DNA from: Nemertoderma westbladi
Lineage: Eukaryota; Animalia; Xenacoelomorpha
Length of the DNA stretch: 64,000 nucleotides
Direction of reading: 5' to 3'
NCBI GenBank assembly: GCA_032718475.1
Contig: JAUCBJ010007345.1
Location: 1 to 64,000, forward strand
The notes under the pieces are model-generated. The model was not told the DNA's origin and ran no database searches. It saw nothing but the letters and a program-made list of their open reading frames with translations. Below, one piece after another: positions 23,834 through 35,676 of the stretch (positions are counted from its first letter, which is position 1; every line of letters starts with the position of its first letter). A program made the position numbers and the translations under genes.

Positions 23834-24621
23834 AAGGGAGGGCAAGGGTGGACGGAAGACTCGTGGGCCTTTCTTATGATTTGTGATTTATTTTGAATTA
23901 TATGTTTTATATTTAGAAAATTTAGTAAACTTATATTTTATATTTGTGCTTATTTCGAACTTATGCAATTTGTATTGTTCCGAATTTATGAAATTTAGAA
24001 ATAAGAACTCATATTTAGTAAACTTATATTTAGTAAGAATTTATATTTTATATTTACGTGATTATTTCGAACTTATGCAATTTATATTATTCTGAACTTA
24101 TGCAATTTATATTGTTCCGAATATTATGCAATTTATATCTTATAAGCAGTATTTGTATTTACAGTGAAATAGAAAGTTTTATAGATAGAAAATTTGTGCT
24201 CAGAAAGACTCATATTTGTAATTATTCCAAACTTATGCAATCTACATTTAGGTACGAAAGTATTTGTAATTACTTGAATTTATGCAATATTTGGGATGCA
24301 ATAGTAGATGGAAGACTCGCGAGCCTTTCTTATTGTTTTCATTTATTTGTATTTGTAATTACTTGAATGCAATATCTGAGATGCAATAGATTTATATTGG
24401 TGAATTTAATTTAGATTTATATTGTACTTACTTAGTAAAGCCTTAACTACGTAAAGTTTGAATTTGTAATTATTTTGTATCGAATCATTACGTAAAAGGG
24501 AAGTATTGTTTGAAACTTAATTGTAAATATGTAAGTACGCCCTAAGTATTTTATAGTTTGATTGATTATTGGTGAAAACCGTATATTTTATGCACGATAA
24601 TATCCTGTTTTCATGGAGCGG

Positions 24622-27600
24622 TATAGAATTATATTCCCTAAATGCCGTGGATTTTCAAAATTTTATTTTATTCGAATTAACTTTGTAAAGATTGCTTTGA
24701 GTTCTCATTAGTATTGGTTCTATCTATTGTGTATCTATCGGTCAAGTGGTTCAGTAGCTCAGTTGGTAGAGCGTTGGAAATTATATGTGTAGTAGGTATC
24801 GAGTTCGAATCCTAATAAGTGCGAATTATTTTTTGTGCAGAATTTCAACTCATTTAAATTAACCGCTACAAATTAATTGCATTTGTCTGTACCAATGAGA
24901 CCGTAGTTATTTGATTGTAACCAATGTTGTGTAAGTTATATATTAGCTGGACCAATAAGCTATCTTTAAAACCTTGTTAGAATCTATAGAACAATCGAGA
25001 ATTTTCTCGATTGATTGCGGCACAAATTTGGTATAAAAAGGTGCGATTTCGTTCATTAATCTAATCTACTTTAGTTCACTTACTACTACTTTAGTATACA
25101 TTATCTTATCAATATTCTGTCGTGCTTAGTTTATTCTCAGATTACATTGTATTATAATTGTATCTTCTGTAATAAAGTCAGAATATTCTCTCAGCTTTTC
25201 TGTTTTACTATGGTTTCACTACGGTGAACAAACTCGGGGACAGGATGGCCAGCTAGAGATCGGGCCGCAGCAATGAACGGGAACATCACGGGAATGTAGA
25301 CGAGAGACAACCCGCAATACCATTTAGAGTTATTCGCCCATCGCCTGAAAGGTTAGACAGCGTTCGATCCTTGCTACCTAAGTGTAAGACCAAAAGATCA
25401 AAAGGTAGACGTAGTGACACGCTGCAAGCCTAAAATTACATCATAGGGACTGTACTGTCTTGATTCAGGAAAAAACCGCAGTAGACCTTCATATTCCTAC
25501 GGGGGGAGAGAGGGAGAGCATAAGCAGATACTAGTACGCAGATAGGACGTAGGCACACCGGTACAAGGCATACACATTGGTTAGGGTGCAGCAAACTGTA
25601 CGCTTAACTCTTGCTAAGTACAGGTGTGTGTGCGACTATTTGCCGTACAACGGTGTCCAGTGCATTAGAACTTGTAGGCTAGGGGGGTTGCTGTGTTTTC
25701 ACCTGAATTGGGATTGTACCGTTCAGGCGGTAGGGCAGTTTACGCTAGGCGCAAAATAAATTGAGGCTATCAGGGATATACTAACATCTACCGTGTCCCC
25801 GCCAACGCCCTAATAGGAAGTTACCTGGACTACCTGGGCGACTAAAATTCTAGATAGGAGCCAGGATAGCTATTAGTACCCGTACGCCTACAGTAGTAAA
25901 CTAACACATCTCTTCTTAGTATCAGGGACCTGGTACCTAAAATTGCCGAATTCTGGGCGTAGTATTAACCCTATTAGTACCGGGCTATAAAATGTTGTAC
26001 AAATACCGGGAGGGGGTCATATTGACCCCCCCCTCTAAAATCTACAAATATTTACGAAAACGTCTGATTTTTTGTTTGTACGTAGGTATCACTTGTCTGG
26101 ATCCGACCGAAAAAAAAAATTTTCGAAAAAATGTACTGGGGTGGTTATATTGCAGCACCAAAATTACAAGTAGTGCACAATTTTTACCAAATTTGAAAGT
26201 TACATTTTCGGCTAATTATTTTTCAATACAGGTGTTCTGGGGTGCAAAATACATTGGAAAATATTAAAAAATGATATGATTACTATAAATGGCTGTTTAG
26301 TCTTCTCTGCGTAGGAAAAAAATGAAAAAAACAAGTAACCAGCACTTTTCAGTTAGAACACAAAATTTTTAATTCACTTATACGATGCTATAAATTCACA
26401 TTTTTAAATTCACATTCTAATGGAATACATTTCTAATATGCTAGATCATTGCTACTTGTATTTTTCGGCGTAATTTGGCAAATTTTGGTGCTAGCACCAA
26501 ATTTCGTACCCATCGCCAAAAAGTACAAGTTTGCGATGTCCAGTGCTGTTTTTATTGATTCCATCGGATTCAGGACCCTCATAAACACGTATAACACAAG
26601 AAACAAGGTGATACTATCTACTTATAAATTTGCATATTTTCCAAAATTTGGTGCTGGCACAACAATTTTCACCCACCGGCAAAAAATACAAGTTTGAGAA
26701 CTCTTATGAAATTTTTACTGATTCCATTGAATTCAGAACCATCACAAACCCGTATAACGCAAGAAACAAGGTGACACAATCAATTGATATATTTGATGGT
26801 TTTCAAAATTTGGTGCTAGCACCACATTTTTCACCCACATCCGAAAAATACAAGTTTGAGATGTCTAGTTCGATAATTATATTTTCCATTGAATTCAGAA
26901 CAGCCATAAACCTCTAAAACGCAAGAAATAAATTCTCACAAGCAATTTTATCTATTGAATGGATTTTCAAAATTTCGTGCTAGCACCAAAATTTGCACAC
27001 AGCACCGAAAAATACAAGTTTGATACGCTTGGTGCAACTCGTATATATTTCTTCGAATCCAGAATCCTAAAAAACCCCAATTGCGTAAAAAACAAGTTTC
27101 AAACGATCAATTTACCAAATTTACTTATTTCAAAATTTGGTGCTGGCACCAAAATTTGGCACCCACCGAAAAAAACAAGTTTGAAATTTCTAAATCAATT
27201 TATATGAATTCCATCAAATTTCTAACACCAAAAAACCGGTGTAAATCAAAAATAGAGATGTTACAATTCATATTTAATGAAATGTAATTTTCAAAAAACG
27301 TCTCAAAAAAAGTGCCAAAAGTAGGGTTATAAAATGGTGCTATAACTCGAAAAGTACCCAATATTTTTGAAAACGGTTTCCACTACTAGGAAGACAATAG
27401 ATTTTTAGGAAAAGTCATAAAATTTCAGATTCCCAACTGCGTTTGTTTCAGAATTATAATAAAAAAACCACGGGGGGGGTCATATTGACCCTCCCCCGGG
27501 TTTAATAGGGTTAACCTTATGCCTGAATTTGAGTCCTGGAAATACGCAAGAGGGGAAGGAACCTTATCATTCGTGAGTATTGGACCTACAAGTTATAAAA

Positions 27601-28104
27601 TTAGAATATTCGTAAAATGCACACCGTACCCAGTAATTATATATGTGAAGGAGCAAAACTGCTTTTGACCGTTCAGAATTAACACGCGCGCGTTAGAAAT
27701 TATTTACACCTCAAAATATATAAAATTAACTTTCGTCCTTACTGCACTTTGCTCGCTAGTTAGACATCTCCAAATCTGCTCTATACCTAGCTAGCGTCCC
27801 TTTGCCCAACCATATAAATCACACCGCGGCAAAGTATACGAGCCTCTTAGTCCGTCAGTGAGTCAGCCTGATTTTAGGATTCGCTGCGCGGGATTTTGTT
27901 TTATCGAAGTTTGTCTGCTCGTAGACTGTTTTCTGCCTCACCGGTTAAAAGAGATCGATACTGCAATATATTCGCTTACTTAGGGTTTACTGTTTTGGTG
28001 AGAAGGTCGGATTTATGATTTGATTTACAAACTTTACAGTAGGATATTGCAGGTATTGTTACCGTCTCTTCCGATAGTAGGAATAGGCGTATCTCTCCAA
28101 TTTA
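24622..28104 (+). repeat. 3' LTR, interrupted by a piggyBac-type MITE
   Basis: 3483 bp minus the 1542-bp insert minus the 4-bp TTAA duplication equals 1937 bp, matching the 5' LTR. Confidence 0.97.
25969..27510. mobile_element. Non-autonomous piggyBac-type element with internal ~163-bp tandem array
   Basis: TTAA TSD at 25965-25968 and 27511-27514 (single TTAA in the 5' LTR). Ends ccctattagtaccggg / cccgggtttaataggg; subterminal palindromes gggtcatattgaccc; five units with palindrome ttggtgctagcaccaa at ~26485-27150. Confidence 0.93.
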
Positions 28105-28465
28105 ACGCACGTTTCGGCCTAACAGGCCTCATCAGTAGCGGTAACCAGCTCAGCCACTAGCCCCTGACACTCGCAGTCCCACCTAATCCACGCACCTAAT
28201 CCACACCTAATCCCACCTAATCCAATTGCACGGGCAGTCTTAAGTTGCAAATATTCTTTCTCTAACAGCGGACCTAACGGCCTCAAGTATGCTAGAGTGA
28301 AACAGGAGGGAAATACAAATAAATAAATATTCAGCTCGGTATTGCTGCCAGGTGATATTAATTAAATAAATTGGAGATGAGCTGTTGCAACTGTAATTAA
28401 AGGTGTAATATTATGGGTTTGTTCAGAAGTGGAAAAAATGGGAGCGCGTCACCTGGGGTTGAACC

Positions 28466-28511
28466 AGCGCTATACGCACGTTTCGGCCTAACAGGCCTCA
28501 TCAGTAGTGCT
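28466..28511 (-). ncRNA. Minimal type I hammerhead ribozyme (intact copy; the other copy is split at 9901-9913 / 28110-28142)
   Basis: Minus strand reads agcacta CUGAUGA ggccu guu aggcc GAAA cgugc GUA|uagcgcu: conserved core, stem II, very short stem III, stem I. Confidence 0.85.
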
Positions 28512-30003
28512 AACCAGCTCAGCCACTAGCCCCTGACACTCGCAGTCCCACCTAATCCACTTCTATTGAACGGGCAGTCTTAAGTTGCAAATATTCTATA
28601 ATATTACACCTTTAATTACAGTTGCAACAGCTCATCTCCAATTTATTTAATAAATTATTAAGGACGTACGATACACCTTGGGTATTATATGATATATTTT
28701 GCGTGTTTTTTGTAAAAATTTGTACTTATGGTGTTTTGCCAAATTGAGGATACCTTGTTTTCTAGGCAATACCCCGCAACTATCGTATAGTTACGGGATA
28801 ATACCAGAAAACGGTGTTCCCCTATGTTTTGGCAAAACACCATAAGTCAGAATTTTTACAAAAAAACCGCAATATATTTCAAAGGTAATTCTAAATCAAA
28901 TTGAAAGTTTAATTATATGAATTCTATATATATTTAGTTCTATATTCAATATATTCAAAAAACACAATAACAAGTAAACTGAGGCATCTCTCTAAAAAAT
29001 AAACAGTTTTTATTGATTATCTCAGAACTACAAAAATCAACTTAGGGGGTTCTGCCTTGAAGGTGACGACAGATGCAACAACTAAAAAAGGTGAATAAAC
29101 ACCAACTAACGACAGCCACCAATATTACAATTCTATAGTTATTGCTAAGCAACTAGTTGTGGGACGAGCCGTGAAGTGAGTATAAAGTTATTGTATTTAT
29201 AATATTATTTTTAATATGATTATTCTACTTATATGCGAGTAGTAGAGGAAGAGGTGACCCCAGCATAGTCCTCCCTAGCTTGTTCTATGGGCGATATCTC
29301 GGAGGACTATTAAAAATGAGTAGTAGATGCCAAATTCCGGAGCGTTTAATTGGTCCATCTGCCGCCATCAGTATTGATTCGCGTCGTTGCCATCAACCAA
29401 TCGTTGCATATTCACCTACGCGTAGCCTAACCTCGCGATGCCCACCTTACTCGACAGCAGCTGTTACCACCTATCAGTATTGATTCGCGTCGTTGCATCA
29501 ACCAATCGTTGCATATTCATCTTCGCATAGCCTAACCTCACAATGCATGGCTAGCCCCACACATACCCAACCCATCGCTACTCGACTGCTGTTACCTACC
29601 AACCAACCAACTGCGATGCTTGCCTAGCCCACCGGATACTCCCCTTTTCCCCACGCTACCGCATACTGTATACGATGACAATGATAGAGTCAGTCACGGA
29701 CGACATGGCCATCTACGCGCACCACGCATATACCACGCTGTTATATTATATTATATCGATTGCCAACTCATCGATTTACGCAGAACCCAATAATTTTCAA
29801 TTGTACTGTATTTCCCTACCAACTAATCAATCAACAAACCAATAAACCGAATTTAGGCTATTTCTCAGTTTAAGACCTGTATTATTTTTGAAAATATCTT
29901 ATATATATAATCTCTTGCATTAATCACAATTAATCATTTATAATGGTTTTAGTTTAAAAGTTTTTACTTTGTTTGTTTGATTTACAATAAAATAAATTAA
30001 ATA

Positions 30004-30447
30004 ATGTCTTCTGATTCCGATATGGTTATGCCTGTAGTAAGGCATTCATTTTTTGCAGAAGATGGTGAAGCCTATATTGTTATTGATTATACAATTTACC
30101 GTCGAGTAGATGATAAATATAAAATCAATTTTTCTGAAAAAGCCAGGAAAGTTTTAAGCTCAATTGATATTGATGCTTCTGAAAATAGCATTAATCTCTT
30201 AGATTACAACCTAAAAGTTGATCATGGGGGAAAATTAATCAACATCTTACTATTATCCATGATAGAGGGGTTAATTGTTATTACACAATACAACGAAGCT
30301 GGTGAAAAGTTTGAAATACGGCTAAATCGGCATAATCCCTACGAAATTATGTCTTTCTTTATTGTAATGATTTCAAAAGAATCCTTTGTCAAAACTGAAG
30401 AATCAACAGATAATGTTCAATATGTTGATAATATCATTGATTCTTGA
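30004..30447 (+). CDS. Hypothetical Maverick ORF (147 aa)
   Basis: ATG-initiated ORF in AT-rich DNA upstream of the ATPase; no motif recognised. Confidence 0.5.
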   Translation: MSSDSDMVMPVVRHSFFAEDGEAYIVIDYTIYRRVDDKYKINFSEKARKVLSSIDIDASENSINLLDYNLKVDHGGKLINILLLSMIEGLIVITQYNEAGEKFEIRLNRHNPYEIMSFFIVMISKESFVKTEESTDNVQYVDNIIDS

Positions 30448-30932
30448 CTTTTCCCCCTATATTATAAATATTTTATGATTATTTTTAAAATTTTGATCTT
30501 TTCAATTAGGAAAAAAAAAAAAATCAAATTTTAAATAATCGTAAATTGTAGTAGTATTTGTATATACAGTATATCGGATTTGTTTGTTTGTTGTGTATTG
30601 AGGTAATTATTTTCAATTTACTTTAAAATTTGGAAAATGGATATTTTAAACGAAAAATGTTCAGTTTGCTAATCTAAGTTATTGCAACATCGAGATTATT
30701 ATAAATGTGAAAATAAATGCCGCCGATGTTACCAATCATTATTTCATGTATAAAGATGCTCACCATGCTTGAAATTACATCAGTCTATACTATAATTGGA
30801 AATAGCACCTTTTGCACTCTAATACAGTAGTTGCATCAATTTATTGTTATATACATAGTAATGGTGATGGTTCATTGATATTTATATTATATTATATTAT
30901 ATTGTATTGTTGATATATCTTAATAATAATAA

Positions 30933-31607
30933 ATGGCTGACTTTAATTCAGGTCCATATAATTTAAACTTTCAAATGGGAACGAGTATGATAATTTCTGG
31001 ACCATCTGGTTCTGGAAAATCAACTTTTGTGGGTAATTTAATTGAACACAAGAATGGTTGTTTCAACGAAGCCCCCTTGCGAGTATTGTATTGTTACGGG
31101 AGTAATCCCCCGACTATTCCCGGTATTACTCACCTTTACAAAGGTTTGCCAGAAAATATAGATAGTTTAGTGAATAGTCGAGATTTATTAATTATAGATG
31201 ATTTGTTAACAGAAACTGAGTCCAGTACAGCTTTAACTGTATTGTTTACTAAGGTAGCTCATCATTCCAATATATTTATTTGTTTTATAACGCAAAACAT
31301 GTTTTACGGTGGGAAGCATAACCGCACAAGATCAATTAATAGCTGTACCTTAGTATTAATGAAAAATCCGCAAGACAGTTTATCGGTTTTAAATTTCGCG
31401 AAGCAGATGTTACCAGGGCAGACCAAATTTTTAGTTGATTCCTATCAAGATGCGACTATTGAACCATTTTCACATTTCCTTATTGATTTACGACAGGAAA
31501 CACCCGAACATTTAAGATTTAGATCTGATATATTTCGTAATCATAATTGTTACATTAAAAATTACATTGACTATAAACGTAGCGAAAATAATAATAATAA
31601 TAATTAA
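30933..31607 (+). CDS. A32/FtsK-like DNA packaging ATPase
   Basis: Walker A GPSGSGKST, Walker B LLIIDDL, and HHSNIFICFITQN typical of Polinton ATPases. Confidence 0.92.
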   Translation: MADFNSGPYNLNFQMGTSMIISGPSGSGKSTFVGNLIEHKNGCFNEAPLRVLYCYGSNPPTIPGITHLYKGLPENIDSLVNSRDLLIIDDLLTETESSTALTVLFTKVAHHSNIFICFITQNMFYGGKHNRTRSINSCTLVLMKNPQDSLSVLNFAKQMLPGQTKFLVDSYQDATIEPFSHFLIDLRQETPEHLRFRSDIFRNHNCYIKNYIDYKRSENNNNNN

Positions 31608-31640
31608 TATTTTGTAACAATTTTCAATAATGTTGCAACA

Positions 31641-32024
31641 ATGAATAGACTTGTGCAGAAATATCGTAACGAATTGGAATTTCTACGCAGCGCTACCCCT
31701 CAACAAAGAACTTATTTTATTAACCATACCGCGAGTAACAAATTAATACGGTTTATTGTAAATACTGCATTAAATGTTCTAAAAGGTAACGTACAATTGA
31801 CCCCTCATTCATTTAGAAATATTCGCCGCTATAAAAAGGTATTAAAATCACTCAACCGTAAAACAAAAAATATATCAAGTTACAGAAAAAAGTTAAGCAA
31901 TCAATCTGGAGGCATACTACCGTTTCTAATACCCTTACTCGGCATTGGTGCGAAACTCGCCGCGAGTGCTGGTGTTGCCGCCGCTGGTGCGGCTATTGCG
32001 AAAAAAATTAACCGCGGACGGTAA
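31641..32024 (+). CDS. Small basic virion-core-like protein with protease cleavage motif
   Basis: Basic protein ending QSGG|ILPFLIPLLGIG, an adenain-type site followed by a hydrophobic peptide. Confidence 0.65.
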   Translation: MNRLVQKYRNELEFLRSATPQQRTYFINHTASNKLIRFIVNTALNVLKGNVQLTPHSFRNIRRYKKVLKSLNRKTKNISSYRKKLSNQSGGILPFLIPLLGIGAKLAASAGVAAAGAAIAKKINRGR

Positions 32025-32245
32025 TAATGGTTAAAACAGGAGTAACATTTAGAAAATTATATTTAGTATCGAGTAAACCGTTAGCTACTGATTTAAAACC
32101 TCAAGATATACCTAGAGTAAATACTACAAAAAGAAAACCCTTTAAAACATCAACTTCAAAGAAAATAAAAAAATTTCAGTTGTTTTTACGGTGATGCCCT
32201 TTATAAGAGATTTGAATATACATATTACTTGCGGTTGTCGATAAG

Positions 32246-33323
32246 ATGCCACGCAAGATGAGACCGATTTTAAGCCAAAGTTTAGACAAAAAACTGTTAA
32301 GAATTTATTTAGATCCTTCATCCCCTGCGGGTTTTGCAAGTATCGCAAAATTAGCAAAAGCCGCAAACATCAAACCAGTTCAAGCCCAGAAATGGTTGAG
32401 CGTCAAAAGACATACTCCCTTCACGCACCACGTAGACATCATTATCCAACATCTAAAATATTTACGGGAGGGTAAAAAGATATATATATGATAGATCTGG
32501 TGGATATGCAGCAATATAAATCACAAAATAATAATTATAACTATATATTAACATGTATTGATGCCTTTAGCCGGCTTCCTTTTGCCTATGGTATGAAGAC
32601 AAAAACAGGTATTGAAATTATTAGTATATTGGAAAAAATATTCCAGAAGGGTAAACCAAACAGAATCGCGACTGATTAAGGTTCTGAGTTTCTAAATAAA
32701 TCTGTAAGGAAATATTTAGATACTATTGGTATACAGTATATTCGCTATACAATAGCTATTGTCGAGAGATTCAATAGAACATTAAAAACAAAGATGTTCA
32801 AAATTTTCACGCAACGGGGAAATAATGTTTGGATAAAAATTTTACCGAAGCTTATCTTGGCTTATAATAGGTCATATCATAGGACAATACAAATGACGCC
32901 TATTGAAGTTAATAAATTTAATGAAACTGAATTAATAAATAGATTATATGGGAAATATAGACAGATTAATCACAAGAAAATAAAATTTTGATAGTTGGAG
33001 ATACAGTACGATTATCTGTCGCTCATACTGCTTTTGCTAAAGGCTATCGAGAACAATGGACACGTGAATTATTTATTATTCATCGGGTCAGATTGGATAG
33101 AGTACCAGCGGTAATGTTCGATATTAAGGACAGCGCAGGTGCTATAATAAATGGGTCATTTTATTCATACAAACTCCAAAAGGTCCACCCGAATAGTAAT
33201 ATTTATCTTCCGATGGACAAAAATATTGGCAAACTTAAAGAACATGTGCGCAATGGGAAAAAAAAATATTTAGTCCGATTTATCGGATCCAAGAAACAGT
33301 CGTGGGTACAGCATATTCAATAA
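32246..33323 (+). pseudogene. Maverick retroviral-like (rve) integrase, frameshifted
   Basis: YLDPSSPAGF, DLVDMQ..YILTCIDAFSR, ATD*GSEF, ERFNRTLK, YNRSYHRTIQMTP and GDTVRLS..KGY..QWT across several frames. Confidence 0.9.
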
Positions 33324-33578
33324 GTTTTTAGTTTTATTAATTCATTTTGGTCGCATATGACTGTAATTAATCAATATTACCTTGAATGATATTACTATAC
33401 TATACTGTAAGTCTAATATCTATAGTTCATTCGCTTTAAATAAAGCCAGTAAAATATTGATTCCTCCCATATACTGTAGAAGCGGCAATGAACGTGGTCA
33501 CAGATGTCTATAATTTAACATTATACCATACTGTATGTACAAAGGAGTCAAGTAGAGAGAGCTTAAATAATAATAATA

Positions 33579-34385
33579 ATGGCTGTAGATACATATATCA
33601 CTCTACTTTCAGATAGCTCATTAAACACTTACCCCAATAATAACCCTAGCGAGTTTACTGTTGATTTAGCCGAAGAATTATATATTGGTCCAAACGCTAA
33701 AATTGGGCTTGCTGAGATTCAATATCAAGCAACATACAGTAATATTACCCTGCAAACTCAAATCTTGCTGTCAATCGGGGTAGATGCAAAAGATGCTAAA
33801 TTATACAGTTTATTTCCTGGTATGCATAGCTCTATTCAAGTCATTATTGATGATATAAATAAACTGTTTAATTCTGAAGCAAAATATAGAGATTTTGAAT
33901 TCATTTTTAATACAAATAATTCTAGAATTAAATTTAAATTTCCTAAAAAGTTGAAAAAAATACAATTAAGTCTATGTGGTGATTTAATTCAAATTCTAGG
34001 CTTAAAACAATTATTGAGGAGATGAATTAAGCAATATAGAACAGCCGATATTAATTTTAAATTATAGTGGACCAAAAATTTCGGCAATTGGGATTTTAGA
34101 TTTTCCTGATCCCACGAATATAACTCGTAATAAAGATACAATCTTCATATATACAGATATTATTAAGAGCTCATTTGTTGGTGACGCTTTAGCTCCGCTC
34201 TTAAGAACCTGTCTTTTAACACAATTAAATAGAAAATATGTTAATCACGAATACGAGAGCATTTGCTATTACCCATTGTTGAATAAAAAACTAAAAACAA
34301 TCCTAATTACTTTACGTGACGGCCAAGGCGAATTAATTAATTTCAACGGTGGTCGCACTGTTATAACACTTAAGTTAATACGTGG
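33579..34385 (+). pseudogene. Minor capsid (penton-like) protein 1, frameshifted
   Basis: N-terminal YITLLSDSS..YPNNNPSEFTVDL; C-terminal IYTDII...VGDALAPLLR and LRDGQGELINF in another frame. Confidence 0.8.
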
Positions 34386-34390
34386 TGAAG

Positions 34391-35232
34391 ATGGATGAAT
34401 TCTATGTTAGGCTACCAAGTAACTCCTGTCCAGTTGATTTTCCACGTAATACCGGTAGTAATTATCAGATCAATTTCCATGGTGCCTTACCTATAAATCC
34501 AAACGAAAACTGGGTGGTAGGTATAAAATGTATATTTTACTTAGCCACGTTACCGTCCATGTATAACAATGTAGAGAATGTTATTTTATTAAAAAAAGGG
34601 AAAAAAATTTTGAGGATACACTTCCATCCGGTTTGTTCTACAGTATCAATGACATTATAGATTATTTTAACAGTGGAGCATTGAAAGATAAATTACAAAT
34701 AGTTGAAAATACTCAGCGAAATAGGTTCCAATTTATTTTAGGGAAAACTGTGCGAGAGTTATTTATAGGTCAACAATTAGCCTATTATTTTGGAATTACT
34801 GAAAATAATCTTGGTGCAAATTTAAATCCAAATTTTAAAATTATTTTGAAGACAAAAAATAATATAAAGGGTTATTTAATAAAGATTATCGGAAATGAAG
34901 AAAAAGCTTACCAGATGGTATTTTTATGTCCTCAACCACCCAACTCTATTCCAGAACCTAAATCGAACATGTACATGACTACTAATATAATTGAAAATGA
35001 ATATATTAATGATTTTGGCTTAGCTTTACTTCGTCGCGTGGCGATACCTGATGACGTGAAATATGGTAGTGTAATAAATAAAGAATTTGCCAGGGATACA
35101 ATTCATTATATCCCTGTAAAAAATCATATAAGATAACATACATTCATATTGAAATAACAGACAAAGAAGGAAAAGATTTGAATTTTGAATACGGCACAAC
35201 TTCTATTACCTTACACTTTAAAAAAATAAATT
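34391..35232 (+). pseudogene. Minor capsid (penton-like) protein 2, frameshifted
   Basis: FYVRLPSNS..FPRNTGSNY, NIIENEYI...LLRRV and DKEGKDLNFEYGTTSITLHFK. Confidence 0.8.
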
Positions 35233-35235
35233 AAA

Positions 35236-35670
35236 ATGGATTCCGATTTATTTCAAATATACAGTAAACCACAATATGGCGGTGCAGACTCTAATCTTGC
35301 TGTTTTTAAAGGTGGTAGAAGTACGAGAGGCTCGACACAAGTTCCTGTTTTTCGAGGTGGTTCATATATTGACCCTTATGGTCAACAAATTGGTGCATTT
35401 GGTCCAAACTTAAAACAACGTCGATTTCAACGTTATCGTAGAGGTATGAGGACAAATCAACATGGGGAAGGTATATTTACAGACGCTTTATCTACATTGA
35501 AAAAATTTGGTAAGCCATTAGCAAAAACCATCAACAAGATCAGTTGTATAAAAAGTTTATGGAGATTTAAAGCGACCGACTAGACCAATGTCTATGAACA
35601 TACATCATCGTCGTAGTAAAAATAGAAAAATAAAAAAAGGCAAACTGAAACACTGCGAAAAAAGTATTTT
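35236..35670 (+). pseudogene. Basic core-protein-like ORF with QxGG/QxGxG cleavage motifs
   Basis: PQYGG, PVFRGG, QHGEGIF; Arg/Lys-rich; lies directly before the major capsid gene. Confidence 0.6.
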
Positions 35671-35676
35671 TTAATA

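Larger units (their letters stand above)
9914..28104 (+). mobile_element. Full-length, young BEL/Pao LTR retrotransposon
   Basis: TSD ACGCA at 9909-9913 and 28105-28109; the empty site can be read from the second retrozyme unit (28470-28485). Two near-identical LTRs flank an intact gag-PR-RT-RH-IN ORF. Confidence 0.97.
9838..28650 (-). mobile_element. Non-autonomous Penelope-type element / retrozyme (~370-bp unit, ~1.5 tandem copies plus inverted segment), split by the BEL/Pao insertion into 9838-9913 and 28110-28650
   Basis: 13-bp TSD taaattattaagg at 9825-9837 and 28651-28663. The unit restarts at 28403. 28601-28650 is the reverse complement of ~28361-28411. Each unit has a hammerhead motif. 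Confidence 0.8.

Noticed and set aside
26480-27250. CRISPR-like array of palindromic repeats
   Set aside because: The intervening sequences are homologous to each other (tandem ~163-bp units), the context is a eukaryotic MITE, and there are no cas genes.
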